Notes: generated by a model from the sequence alone, not told the origin. Positions 9,708 to 18,099 are shown, counted from the first letter of the stretch. The stretch: 64,000 nt of DNA from an uncultured Thomasclavelia sp. (GCF_944324745.1 NZ_CALUXO010000002.1:7273-71272), one strand, 5' to 3'. Numbers and translations are program-made.

Positions 9708-10811
9708 TTAATCTGTTTCATGTTGCTTGATATATTCTTGATATATTCTTAATGTTTCTTTGGTATATTCACACATATACTCAGGAACTTCCTGAAAATC
9801 ACCAGTTTCTAATAAAGCACAGGCCCCGCATGTATCACAAACATCACGCATTTTACATGCTTGGCATTTACTGCTTAACTCAATGACACCTATCCCCGTT
9901 TGTAAAGTCTCCCAAGCCATCTTTAAATCTGTTTCCAATAAGGAAATTGCCGGTTTTGTCAACATTACACAAGGCCGCATATATCCTTGCCAATTAACAG
10001 TAAATGAAGTTTTACCGGCTTGACACTTCATTTTACCAGGTACTTCATCTCCTGCAGGTGTTTGCTTATAAAGCTCCATTACCTGTTTTGCTAAATTATA
10101 ATATTCATCTCCGCTCATTTGTGACTGATTAAAAATCTGTTTAGCTCGAGCAGCTTCTTGGGGATTTAACCGTGCCTGTTGATTATATGGTCGATGTCGT
10201 TCTCTGGTAGCTGGGTACATGTAAGTATCAATGTTTAATGGTACTTTCAATTCTTCAGCCTGATTAATAATTTCTTCAAGATCATCTTGATTTGCTTTAA
10301 CTAAACTGCCATTCATTTTAACATCTACATTTCTTTGTCTTAATAACTTAATAGCTCTGATAGCTTTTTGAAAACCACCAGGATAATGACATAGCTTTTG
10401 ATATGTTTGTTCATTGCCACCATATAAAGTTATATTAATTCTTCGCGGTAAATGTGTTGCAAAAAAATCAGCCCACTGTTCATCAATCAATGTTCCATTA
10501 GTATTAATGGTAATTATCATCCCCAGTTTTTTTAATCCCAGATAAACTTTTTTAAATTCCGGATATAACAGTGGTTCGCCACCAGTTAAAATCACAAATA
10601 AAGTTCCCGCCTGTTGCATTTTTCTTCCAATTTCCAGCCATTCATCACCAGTAAGCAACCGCCCTTGAGCTTCCATTTCTTTTTTGGTTAAGTGAACATA
10701 ACACATATCACAATTCATGTTACATAATGGTAATAATTCTAAACTGGCATTTAACGGTACATGTTTTTGATTTCCTTTTCCAATTAAAAACTTCTCATAT
10801 GTAAATTTCAT
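9708..10811 (-). CDS. Radical SAM/SPASM-domain enzyme (paralogue A)
   Basis: CNMNCDMCY (CX3CX2C) at residues 30-38, GGEPLL, and the SPASM pattern C-X12-G-X4-C (CQAGKTSFTVNWQGYMRPC) followed by CQACKMRDVCDTCGAC and a final C. Colinear by eye with 8597..9688 along the whole length. Confidence 0.85.
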   Translation of the reverse strand: MKFTYEKFLIGKGNQKHVPLNASLELLPLCNMNCDMCYVHLTKKEMEAQGRLLTGDEWLEIGRKMQQAGTLFVILTGGEPLLYPEFKKVYLGLKKLGMIITINTNGTLIDEQWADFFATHLPRRINITLYGGNEQTYQKLCHYPGGFQKAIRAIKLLRQRNVDVKMNGSLVKANQDDLEEIINQAEELKVPLNIDTYMYPATRERHRPYNQQARLNPQEAARAKQIFNQSQMSGDEYYNLAKQVMELYKQTPAGDEVPGKMKCQAGKTSFTVNWQGYMRPCVMLTKPAISLLETDLKMAWETLQTGIGVIELSSKCQACKMRDVCDTCGACALLETGDFQEVPEYMCEYTKETLRIYQEYIKQHETD

Positions 10812-10837
10812 CTTTCTTTACCCCCATATAAATAAAT

Positions 10838-10860
10838 ACGGTCAGTCCTTAACTAACCGT
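10838..10860 (-). terminator. Intra-operon hairpin (possible attenuator or processing site) between the PqqD-like gene and rSAM A
   Basis: Minus-sense ACGGTTAGT-TAAGG-ACTGACCGT: a 9 bp stem with one G-U pair, followed by AUUUAUUUAUAU. In the plus sense the same position would be a C-A mismatch. Confidence 0.35.
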
Positions 10861-10890
10861 AATTAGATTCAATTTTCATTAAAAGTTACC

Positions 10891-11178
10891 CTACTCAATT
10901 TCTTCCATGATATTATATTTTAATGAATCGGCCACAAAACGAATCACAGAATTTCTAATTACTTCTTCAGTTGCTTCATACTGTTCTAATGCCATTTTAA
11001 CAACATCATTAATTGTCTTAGGACTTTCAAAAGCTTTCCAAAGAAACACTGCCGTATCATTTGGAGCCATAACAGCATTAGCTATTGGTCCTTGAGCCTC
11101 AATTGGAATAATGACATATTCATCGGCTACTTCCCGAAGTAAAAAACCTGATTTAATTTGATATTTCTTTTCTTCCAT
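10891..11178 (-). CDS. PqqD-family protein (stand-alone RiPP-recognition-element-like chaperone)
   Basis: The 95 aa product has the PqqD-like layout: a beta-strand region (FLLREVADEYVIIPI), then NDTAVFLWKAF, then helical TINDVVKMALEQYEATEEVIRNSVIRFVADSL. It sits directly upstream of the two SPASM radical SAM genes. Confidence 0.75.
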   Translation of the reverse strand: MEEKKYQIKSGFLLREVADEYVIIPIEAQGPIANAVMAPNDTAVFLWKAFESPKTINDVVKMALEQYEATEEVIRNSVIRFVADSLKYNIMEEIE

Positions 11179-11223
11179 ATATTCTTATAAAAAGATCAAC
11201 ATCTTTTTATAAACTCCCTCCTC
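11179..11223 (-). promoter_or_regulatory. Structured translation-initiation region: strong SD, perfect 12 bp hairpin, then the ATG of the PqqD-like gene
   Basis: Minus-sense GAGGAGGGAG (11223..11214), T, UUAUAAAAAGAU-GUUG-AUCUUUUUAUAA (11212..11185), GAAUAU, AUG (11178). There is no SD within 15 nt of the ATG in the linear sequence. Confidence 0.45.
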
Positions 11224-11283
11224 TTTTCATACAAAATCACTGATATTTTCCTGACAAAAATATATTTTTATCTTACGAAAATG

Positions 11284-11312
11284 ATTATATATGAATGATT
11301 TTTAGGGGTCAA
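11284..11312 (-). promoter_or_regulatory. Sigma-A-type promoter of the PqqD-like/rSAM operon
   Basis: Minus-sense TTGACC (11312..11307), a 17 nt spacer, then TATAAT (11289..11284), about 100 nt upstream of the first ATG. Confidence 0.55.
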
Positions 11313-11360
11313 ATGAACAAAAATACCCATTAAATCAAGATAAATTGTTATTATTAAGAT

Positions 11361-11396
11361 TATTTTGTGATTAAATTAAATGATATTTTGTGATTA
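11361..11396 (+). repeat. 13 nt direct repeat TATTTTGTGATTA x2, starts 23 bp apart
   Basis: Identical 13-mers at 11361..11373 and 11384..11396. Related copies lie at 29339..29350 and 46934..46945. ATCACA inverted half-sites are nearby (11431..11436). Confidence 0.5.
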
Positions 11397-11553
11397 TTTT
11401 ATTATTAAAAAAATTTATTCTTTGATTTTATCACATGTTGAAAAATTTAAATTTTTAAAAATTATAAGTATAAATTTAAGTGAATTTTAAAATAAAAGTA
11501 TGCGAAAATTATTTCTCAATAACACATTGTGTTAAATTATGTTATTTACAGAT

Positions 11554-11580
11554 AAAAAGCTCTATTTCAAATCATAGAGC
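11554..11580 (-). terminator. Rho-independent terminator after the M32 carboxypeptidase gene
   Basis: Minus-sense GCTCTAT-GATTTGAA-ATAGAGC followed by TTTTTATC. The stem overlaps the stop codon. Confidence 0.6.
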
Positions 11581-13052
11581 TTAGTATACTTATCAATTAA
11601 ATATCTAATATAATAATCAGGATTAAACTTTTCATCCATTAGTCGCATCAAGATTTCATCAGTATCAAAAATAGCCCCATATTGATGAATATATTCTTGA
11701 AGGTACTTCTTCAAAACCTGAAAATCACCTGATTCGATCCAATCAGTAATAGCCGTATTATTGACCATATGACTATAAATTTGACTGCTGATAGCCGAAC
11801 CTACTGCATAACTTGGAAAATAGCCAAAATCCCCACCGGCCCAATGAATATCTTGTAAAATTCCTTCACTATCATTATTTGGTGTAATTCCTAAATATTC
11901 CTGATATAATTGATTCCAAAGTTGCGGTAATGTAGCAAAATCTACCTCTTCACTAAATAATTTCTTTTCTATTTCATAACGAATCATAATATGCAAAGGA
12001 TAAGTCAATTCATCGGCTTCGGTTCTAATCAAACTTGGTTCGACTTTATTAATTCCCATAATAAACTGATTTAACGAAACATCCTCTAAGTTTTTTTCAA
12101 AAATTGTCTTTAGTCGAGGATAAATTGGTTTCCAGAAATCAAGACTACGACCAATAATATTTTCATAAAAACGGGATTGTGATTCATGCATTCCCATTGA
12201 GGCTCCCGTACCAATTGGCGTCATGGTAATGGAATTATCAATATTCATTTCATAGATAGCGTGTCCACATTCATGAATCGTTGAAAACAGAGCACTTTCT
12301 AGATTATGTAAGTAATAATGAGTAGTAATTCTAACATCATGATTATGAAATTCGGTAGTAAATGGATGTTCACTTTCTTTAATTAATCCTTTAGTAAAAT
12401 CAAATCCCACATATCCAGCAATCCAATGATTAAATTCCCGTTGTTTCTTTAAATCATATTCTAAATAATTATAACTTTTATCAATCGTAATATCAGCTGT
12501 TTGAATTTTCTTTAATAATGGCACTATTTCTTGTTTCAGTTTAGCAAAAAACTCATCCAGTTTAGCAACCGTAAAACCCGGTTCATAATCATCTAATAAC
12601 ACATCATATAAACAAGCTTCATCTTGGTAGCGATAAGTGGCAAATTCTTTTTTAGTAGCCACGATTTCTTGTAGATAAGGCATAAATAACTGATAATCGT
12701 TGTCAGCTTTTGCTTTTTGCCAGACTCTTTGAGCAATCATCAATCTTTCTTGATACGCCTGATATTTATCAGCCGGTATTTTCTCTAGTTTTCTAATATC
12801 CTTCAGCCAATTTTCAACTACGCTTTTTTGTCTTAATGGTAACGGTTGAACTAATAAATCTTCTAAAATCTCTTTAACTTTAGGATCATTGATCAATTCA
12901 AATAATTCTTTTGATAATATCCCCACTGACTTAGCTGTAAGCTCCACTGAAGCAATTGGTGCTTCGGTTTCCTGATCCCATGAAAATAAAGTTAAAGCTT
13001 GGTTTAAAGCCTGACGTTTATCAATGTATGGTTGCAAATCCTCATACTTCAT
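11562..13052 (-). CDS. Carboxypeptidase Taq-like metallopeptidase (family M32)
   Basis: HECGHAIY (HEXXH), HESQSRF and IRTEADELTY motifs; about 497 aa. Start ATG 13052 follows GGAGGAGGG and shares its A with the MATE stop (ATGTAATGA). Confidence 0.9.
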   Translation of the reverse strand: MKYEDLQPYIDKRQALNQALTLFSWDQETEAPIASVELTAKSVGILSKELFELINDPKVKEILEDLLVQPLPLRQKSVVENWLKDIRKLEKIPADKYQAYQERLMIAQRVWQKAKADNDYQLFMPYLQEIVATKKEFATYRYQDEACLYDVLLDDYEPGFTVAKLDEFFAKLKQEIVPLLKKIQTADITIDKSYNYLEYDLKKQREFNHWIAGYVGFDFTKGLIKESEHPFTTEFHNHDVRITTHYYLHNLESALFSTIHECGHAIYEMNIDNSITMTPIGTGASMGMHESQSRFYENIIGRSLDFWKPIYPRLKTIFEKNLEDVSLNQFIMGINKVEPSLIRTEADELTYPLHIMIRYEIEKKLFSEEVDFATLPQLWNQLYQEYLGITPNNDSEGILQDIHWAGGDFGYFPSYAVGSAISSQIYSHMVNNTAITDWIESGDFQVLKKYLQEYIHQYGAIFDTDEILMRLMDEKFNPDYYIRYLIDKYTKLYDLK

Positions 13053-14386
13053 TACATTCCCTCCTCCATATTTTTTTCTAACCATTTTTCTTTTTTAATA
13101 CCAAATATTATACCAGTAATATCAGCTAAAAACCAGCCAATTGGTATTGCCCACCAAATGATCAATGGTCCTAAATATCCAGCTAAACTATACGCCAATA
13201 CGACTCTGGTTCCTAAAGAAATAACAGTTAAAACTACCGAAATTCCAGGCTTTCCAATGCCACGATAATAGCCATATAATAAAAATAAACAGCCAATTCC
13301 AATATAACATGCCCCTTCAACTCTTAAATATTGTGCCCCTTGATTAATGATTTCTATTTGTGATGGTTCAATAAAGATCAGCATCAATTTATCGGCAAAA
13401 ACAAAAACAATAAACGATATTATCAAACAAAAAACCGTTGACATTAAAATTGCGATTTTAAGCCCATCTTTAATGCGCCGATCTAAATTTGCCCCTTTAT
13501 TTTGAGCAATATAAGTTGAAAAAGCATTACCAAAATCCTGCACTGGCATATAAGCAAAGGAATCTATTTTTACTGCTGCAACAAAGGCAGCCATAGTGAC
13601 AATTCCAAAGCTGTTAACTAGCCCTTGAATCATCAAAATTCCAAAATTCATCACTGATTGTTGCAAACAGGTCAACAATGAATAATCTTTGATCTTTTTA
13701 AAAATCAAGCGATCAAATACTAGATGACGCCGTGAGGGTATTAGCTCCTTTTGACTTAGAAAACTATAAATCATTATTCCTATCCCACTAAAAGCCTGGG
13801 CAATAATTGTCGCTAATGCCGCTCCAGCAACCCCTAGATCACATTGAGTAATAAAGAAAATATCTAAAACAACATTGATCAATGCTGCTAAAGCCAAAAA
13901 ATATAATGGAGTTCTTGAATTACCAATTGATCGCAATAATGATGAAAAATAATTATATAAAAAGGTAAAAAAGATTCCACAAAAAATAATAAACAAATAA
14001 TCATAAGTTGCCTGATATATATCGATTGGAGTATTCATAAATTTTAAGATCCAATCAATTAGCAGCATACAACCTAATTGTAATACAATTGAAAAAATAG
14101 CTATGGCTACAAATGAAACGAAAAATGATTCTTTCATCTTATCTTCCTGTCTAGCGCCATAAAGCATTGAAAATAATACCCCACTACCCATACATAGTCC
14201 TAATATTATTGATGTTAAAAAAGTCATTAATGTAAACGAAGATCCAACTGCTGCTAGTGCATCGGTTCCAATATAATGTCCAACGATAAATGTGTCGGCA
14301 ACATTGTATAACTGTTGTAATAAATTTCCTAAAATCATCGGAATTGAAAACTTTAATAAAACAGTTGCAATTTTCCCTTCTGTCAT
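13052..14386 (-). CDS. MATE-family efflux transporter
   Basis: 444 aa with about 12 hydrophobic segments. The N-terminal FSIPMILGNLLQQLYNVADTFIVGHYIGTDALAAV is typical of MATE proteins. Confidence 0.88.
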   Translation of the reverse strand: MTEGKIATVLLKFSIPMILGNLLQQLYNVADTFIVGHYIGTDALAAVGSSFTLMTFLTSIILGLCMGSGVLFSMLYGARQEDKMKESFFVSFVAIAIFSIVLQLGCMLLIDWILKFMNTPIDIYQATYDYLFIIFCGIFFTFLYNYFSSLLRSIGNSRTPLYFLALAALINVVLDIFFITQCDLGVAGAALATIIAQAFSGIGIMIYSFLSQKELIPSRRHLVFDRLIFKKIKDYSLLTCLQQSVMNFGILMIQGLVNSFGIVTMAAFVAAVKIDSFAYMPVQDFGNAFSTYIAQNKGANLDRRIKDGLKIAILMSTVFCLIISFIVFVFADKLMLIFIEPSQIEIINQGAQYLRVEGACYIGIGCLFLLYGYYRGIGKPGISVVLTVISLGTRVVLAYSLAGYLGPLIIWWAIPIGWFLADITGIIFGIKKEKWLEKNMEEGM

Positions 14387-14434
14387 AAAATCACCTTTCC
14401 TATCATAGTCATTTCTAAAAATAAAGTCAAATCT

Positions 14435-14914
14435 TTACTGTCTGATCACCTGCCAAAACTCTAATAGCCGCTCTAACGAATAAGCAGCATTGGCCGGTGA
14501 AGTTGATGGTAACTTGGTTACTGGTAAATCAATTATTCTATCAAAATAGCGATGATATAACTTATCAGCTAAAGCACCATTAGTATAAATCTGCTTTATT
14601 TGACTATTATCAATAATCAATGATAAATCATTAACTTCTACATCACTAATACTGCTATCACTAGAACCGACAATCTCGCAACTGGCAATAACATCCCATA
14701 AAGCAATCTGATGCTTAATTAAAAATGCTTTCTTTTCTGCAATTTCTGTTGGCAAATCATCTTGAAAGACTGCAGCTAAAACTTTCCAGAAACGATTTTG
14801 GGGATGATGATAAAAAAACATCGCTTCCCGGGATTTTACTGATGGAAAAGATCCTAAAATCAAAATCTTAGAATTTTGATCATATACTGGTTCAATTAGA
14901 TGATATTCACGCAT
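14435..14914 (-). CDS. DNA-deoxyinosine glycosylase-like protein (UDG superfamily)
   Basis: ILILGSFPS and HPQNRFW motifs; about 160 aa. Confidence 0.65.
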   Translation of the reverse strand: MREYHLIEPVYDQNSKILILGSFPSVKSREAMFFYHHPQNRFWKVLAAVFQDDLPTEIAEKKAFLIKHQIALWDVIASCEIVGSSDSSISDVEVNDLSLIIDNSQIKQIYTNGALADKLYHRYFDRIIDLPVTKLPSTSPANAAYSLERLLEFWQVIRQ

Positions 14915-14981
14915 TATTATCTAACCTTCTTTCCTTCCATATTATAAGTGATATAATTATTATATAAATTATTATCAAACA

Positions 14982-15413
14982 ATGAAAGGATACAAGCAAA
15001 ATATGAAAGAATTTTATCTAAATAATATCGAAAACACTCGGATAATCTTTAAAACCAAATCAAAACAAAATATTCTTGATGCTTTCCATTCATGTAAATC
15101 GATCTATCAGTTAGATCCTAATGAATTATTAATCATTGATGAGCAATTATGTTTACTAATCGATTTAAAAAAGTGGCATGATATTGATAATCCCGCTGAT
15201 GATTTTTTAAACGTTTTAAAAGTATTAGAAAAAATAACACGTCCTAAAGGATTACCAATAAATACTGTCGGCGCCAGTTTAAGTGGTTATGATCTAGAGC
15301 GAAAACAAAAGTTTAATTTTAAAGATGACTATGTAAATGGTAAACATGTATTAATAGGTCAATATGAAGATGGCAAACAGCTGCTTTATCAAGAACAATT
15401 ATATTTATTATAA
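14982..15413 (+). CDS. Hypothetical protein
   Basis: Track ORF with no recognisable motif. The start is uncertain (ATG 14982 or ATG 15003). A terminator lies directly downstream. Confidence 0.45.
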   Translation: MKGYKQNMKEFYLNNIENTRIIFKTKSKQNILDAFHSCKSIYQLDPNELLIIDEQLCLLIDLKKWHDIDNPADDFLNVLKVLEKITRPKGLPINTVGASLSGYDLERKQKFNFKDDYVNGKHVLIGQYEDGKQLLYQEQLYLL

Positions 15414-15419
15414 AAACTT

Positions 15420-15457
15420 AAAAGGTCTGATTTTGGGGAGATAAAATCAGACCTTTT
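15420..15457. terminator. Bidirectional rho-independent terminator
   Basis: AAAAGGTCTGATTTT-GGGGAGAT-AAAATCAGACCTTTT lies between convergent genes. Confidence 0.7.
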
Positions 15458-15460
15458 AAA

Positions 15461-16159
15461 CTATTCAATTCTAAGCATTCGATATCCAACTCCCACATGA
15501 GTTTGAATATATTTGGGCTTAGCTGGATTAGCTTCTATCTTCTTTCTAAGTGTTGCCATAAATACTCTAAGTGAGGCTACATCACTTTCTAAAGTATTTC
15601 CCCATATTTCCTTAGTAATATAAGTATGGGTCAAAACTTTACCAACATTTTGTGACAACAAACATAAAAGTTTATATTCAATTGGGGTAAGATGTAATTC
15701 TTGATCATTTAAATAAGCACAGCCACTAACATAATCAATCCTTAATTCACCATTGATAAATTCACTGTTTTCATTAGCCTGACTTTGATTATGATTTAAT
15801 CGTCTAATTACTACTCTCAATCGTGCCAATAATTCTTCGACCGAAAATGGTTTCGTTAAATAGTCATCGGCTCCAGCGTCTAATGCTTCAATTTTATCAT
15901 GATCTTCGCTTCGAGCACTAATAACGATAATCGGTAAACTGGTCCAGGTCCGGACTTTTTTGATTACTTCGACTCCATCAATATCTGGCAATCCCAAATC
16001 TAATAACATGATATCTGGTTTTTTAGAAGCTGTTTCTAAAATTGCCTGTTTCCCTGTTTGTGATGTATGATATTTATAATCATGAGTTTCTAACGTGGTT
16101 ACAATCAGGTTCCTAACGGCATTATCATCTTCAACTACTAAAATAGATGGTTTATTCAT
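15461..16159 (-). CDS. OmpR-family response regulator, KdpE-like
   Basis: LVVEDD, LLDLGLPDIDG and DDYLTKPF receiver motifs, plus a winged-helix C-terminus ending THVGVGYRM. Start ATG 16159 overlaps the kinase stop (ATGAATAA). The track's N-terminal extension was rejected. Confidence 0.88.
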   Translation of the reverse strand: MNKPSILVVEDDNAVRNLIVTTLETHDYKYHTSQTGKQAILETASKKPDIMLLDLGLPDIDGVEVIKKVRTWTSLPIIVISARSEDHDKIEALDAGADDYLTKPFSVEELLARLRVVIRRLNHNQSQANENSEFINGELRIDYVSGCAYLNDQELHLTPIEYKLLCLLSQNVGKVLTHTYITKEIWGNTLESDVASLRVFMATLRKKIEANPAKPKYIQTHVGVGYRMLRIE

Positions 16160-18068
16160 GAATTTCAACCTCCTCAATTGGTATACTAAAACTAAATATG
16201 GTGCCACAAGGATGATTATCCTTGACAGAAATAGTTCCGTTATGGGCATTGATAATTGCTTTACATAATGCTAAACCTAAGCCTAAGCCCCGACGAGAGT
16301 CACTGATATTATGTTTGACAGTATAAAACATCTCAAATAGTTTTTCTTTATCTTCATCTTTAATACCAGGACCATTGTCACGGATTTGAACTTCGACTAA
16401 ATGATCATGTTTAATTGTCTCAATTTCAATCGTTGACCCTTTTGGAGTATATTTTATAGCATTATCAACAATATTTATAATTACCTGAATAATTAACCGG
16501 GCATCAACTTTGGCCAAAATAAATTCTTCATGATTAACGACGACCAGATGATGCTGTTCAATTCGCCGGCTAATATGATTTAAAGCTTCGTTAATGATTT
16601 CATCGATCAATTCAGTTTCTAAATGAAGATTCATTTTCCCATTTTCTAATCTAGTTACACTTAGTAAATTTTCAACCAGATTAATCAGCCACAAAGAATC
16701 ATCATAAATAACCTGATATAAATCATATTTTTTCTCTTCACTTAAATTATTGCCATCATTCATCAAAACACTGGCATTACCAGAAATACTAGTTAACGGC
16801 GTTCGAAGATCATGGGAAATGGAGCGTAATAAATCGGCTCGTAAACGTTCGTTTTTAGCTTCAATTGCCGCTTCTTCCCGTTTTTTATTAAATAATTCCT
16901 TTTCTAAAGCTAATGCTGACTCACCGACAATCGATAAAATCAAATTATTTTCAAAAGCATCAATAATATTACCACCAGCTACAATTATAACTACTCCATA
17001 AATATCATTAGCACTAACTAGTGGTAAATAATAATTGGTATCCTGTAATGATTTTCTTTGCTTAAAAGCCGTTAAAATCTTCATAACTTCACTATCCTGT
17101 TTAAATTCATCAATATCAGCTTCACCAAAACATTCATAATAAATCTGATCATCGGTATTGACCTGACAAATAATTACCGGCATATTGAGTAATTTAGTTA
17201 TCTGACGGGCAGTAGTCTGTTTAATTCCGGCAATACTTTTTTCTTTTTGCAGTAAACGATTAGTTTCTAGTAGCACTTTAGTTCGATAAGCATACTGAGC
17301 TGACTGTTTTGCCTGCTGATTGATCCTAATAGCTAACGTACTGGTAATAAAAGCCGCAATCAGCATAATACCAAAGGTTACCGGATAACCGGAATCATAA
17401 GCTGCAAATGTAAAACGCGGATTAGTAAACATAAAATTAAAGATAACTACACTTAAAATTGATGAAACCAAACTATATACACGATTAGTTGTCGTAACCG
17501 CAATGATCAAAACTCCTAAAATATAAATCGTAATGGTATTAGCTTCACTAAAACCTAAATGATGGAATAAAATTCCAATCAATGTTGCAAGCAATAATAC
17601 CAGACTGGAAATCAGTAAATCACTGATTTTAAAAATAAACTTATTTTTTCTTTTTGGTTCTTGCTTTAAGGGATCTTGATGATAAACGACATTAACATCT
17701 AAATCCTGCAATGTTTCAATAATTCGCTTATCTAACGAATTATCATAAAGATGCCATTTTTTACGTTGACTATATCCAATAAAAACCTTAGTAACATTAA
17801 AATTCTTACAAAACTCATTAATTTGATAAACTATATCCTCACCAAAAGCTGTTTCAATATTAGCTCCTAACTGCCTTGATAAATTAACATTATAACGCAA
17901 CTGCTCCTGATCTTTTTTGCTCATTTTCGTACTATCTGGTGTTTCAACATATAAAGCGGTAAAAATAGCTTGACTATCACGAGCCACCGTTGCTGCCATT
18001 TTAATTACATCAGGATTAGAAGCTGATGGTGATAAACAAAGTAAAACATGTTCTTGTTTAATATCCAT
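16152..18068 (-). CDS. Sensor histidine kinase, KdpD-like (USP-TM-GAF-like-HK) without the N-terminal KdpD domain
   Basis: It begins directly with a USP-like domain (LLCLSPSASNPDVIKMAATVARDSQAIFTALYVETP), followed by about 4 TM helices. H-box SISHDLRTPL, N-box DNAIKYT, G-boxes DNGPGI and GLGLGLALC. Confidence 0.88.
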   Translation of the reverse strand: MDIKQEHVLLCLSPSASNPDVIKMAATVARDSQAIFTALYVETPDSTKMSKKDQEQLRYNVNLSRQLGANIETAFGEDIVYQINEFCKNFNVTKVFIGYSQRKKWHLYDNSLDKRIIETLQDLDVNVVYHQDPLKQEPKRKNKFIFKISDLLISSLVLLLATLIGILFHHLGFSEANTITIYILGVLIIAVTTTNRVYSLVSSILSVVIFNFMFTNPRFTFAAYDSGYPVTFGIMLIAAFITSTLAIRINQQAKQSAQYAYRTKVLLETNRLLQKEKSIAGIKQTTARQITKLLNMPVIICQVNTDDQIYYECFGEADIDEFKQDSEVMKILTAFKQRKSLQDTNYYLPLVSANDIYGVVIIVAGGNIIDAFENNLILSIVGESALALEKELFNKKREEAAIEAKNERLRADLLRSISHDLRTPLTSISGNASVLMNDGNNLSEEKKYDLYQVIYDDSLWLINLVENLLSVTRLENGKMNLHLETELIDEIINEALNHISRRIEQHHLVVVNHEEFILAKVDARLIIQVIINIVDNAIKYTPKGSTIEIETIKHDHLVEVQIRDNGPGIKDEDKEKLFEMFYTVKHNISDSRRGLGLGLALCKAIINAHNGTISVKDNHPCGTIFSFSIPIEEVEIHE

Positions 18069-18099
18069 TGAAAAACCCCTTAAAGATTATAACATAGTT

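Noticed and set aside
10853-10879. 8-codon ORF MKIESNYG between the PqqD-like gene and rSAM A
   Set aside because: It has no SD, it overlaps the hairpin, and it is too short. The Tyr-Gly C-terminus is suggestive only by loose analogy to mycofactocin.
10907-11095. Track ORF (+), 62 aa, considered as a possible antisense-encoded precursor peptide
   Set aside because: It lies entirely inside the PqqD-like gene on the opposite strand. It has no SD or promoter, and it has neither Cys/Gly-rich core-like composition nor a leader-like composition.
11196-11330. Mini-ORFs in the leader of the rSAM operon, considered as precursor candidates: MGIFVHLTPKNHSYIIIFVR (11268..11330), GTG-started MILYEKRREFIKRC (11196..11240), MKRGGSL and MLIFL
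   Set aside because: The 20-codon ORF overlaps the -35/-10 region and would not be on the transcript. The others are 5-14 codons with weak or no SD, too short for a leader plus core recognised by an RRE. They are kept only as long shots under the main finding.
11380-11490. 36-codon plus-strand ORF (MIFCDYFIIKKIYSLILSHVEKFKFLKIISINLSEF) in the AT-rich intergenic region
   Set aside because: It has no SD or promoter. Its composition simply reflects AT-rich DNA, and it contains the repeated motif, which is more likely to be regulatory.
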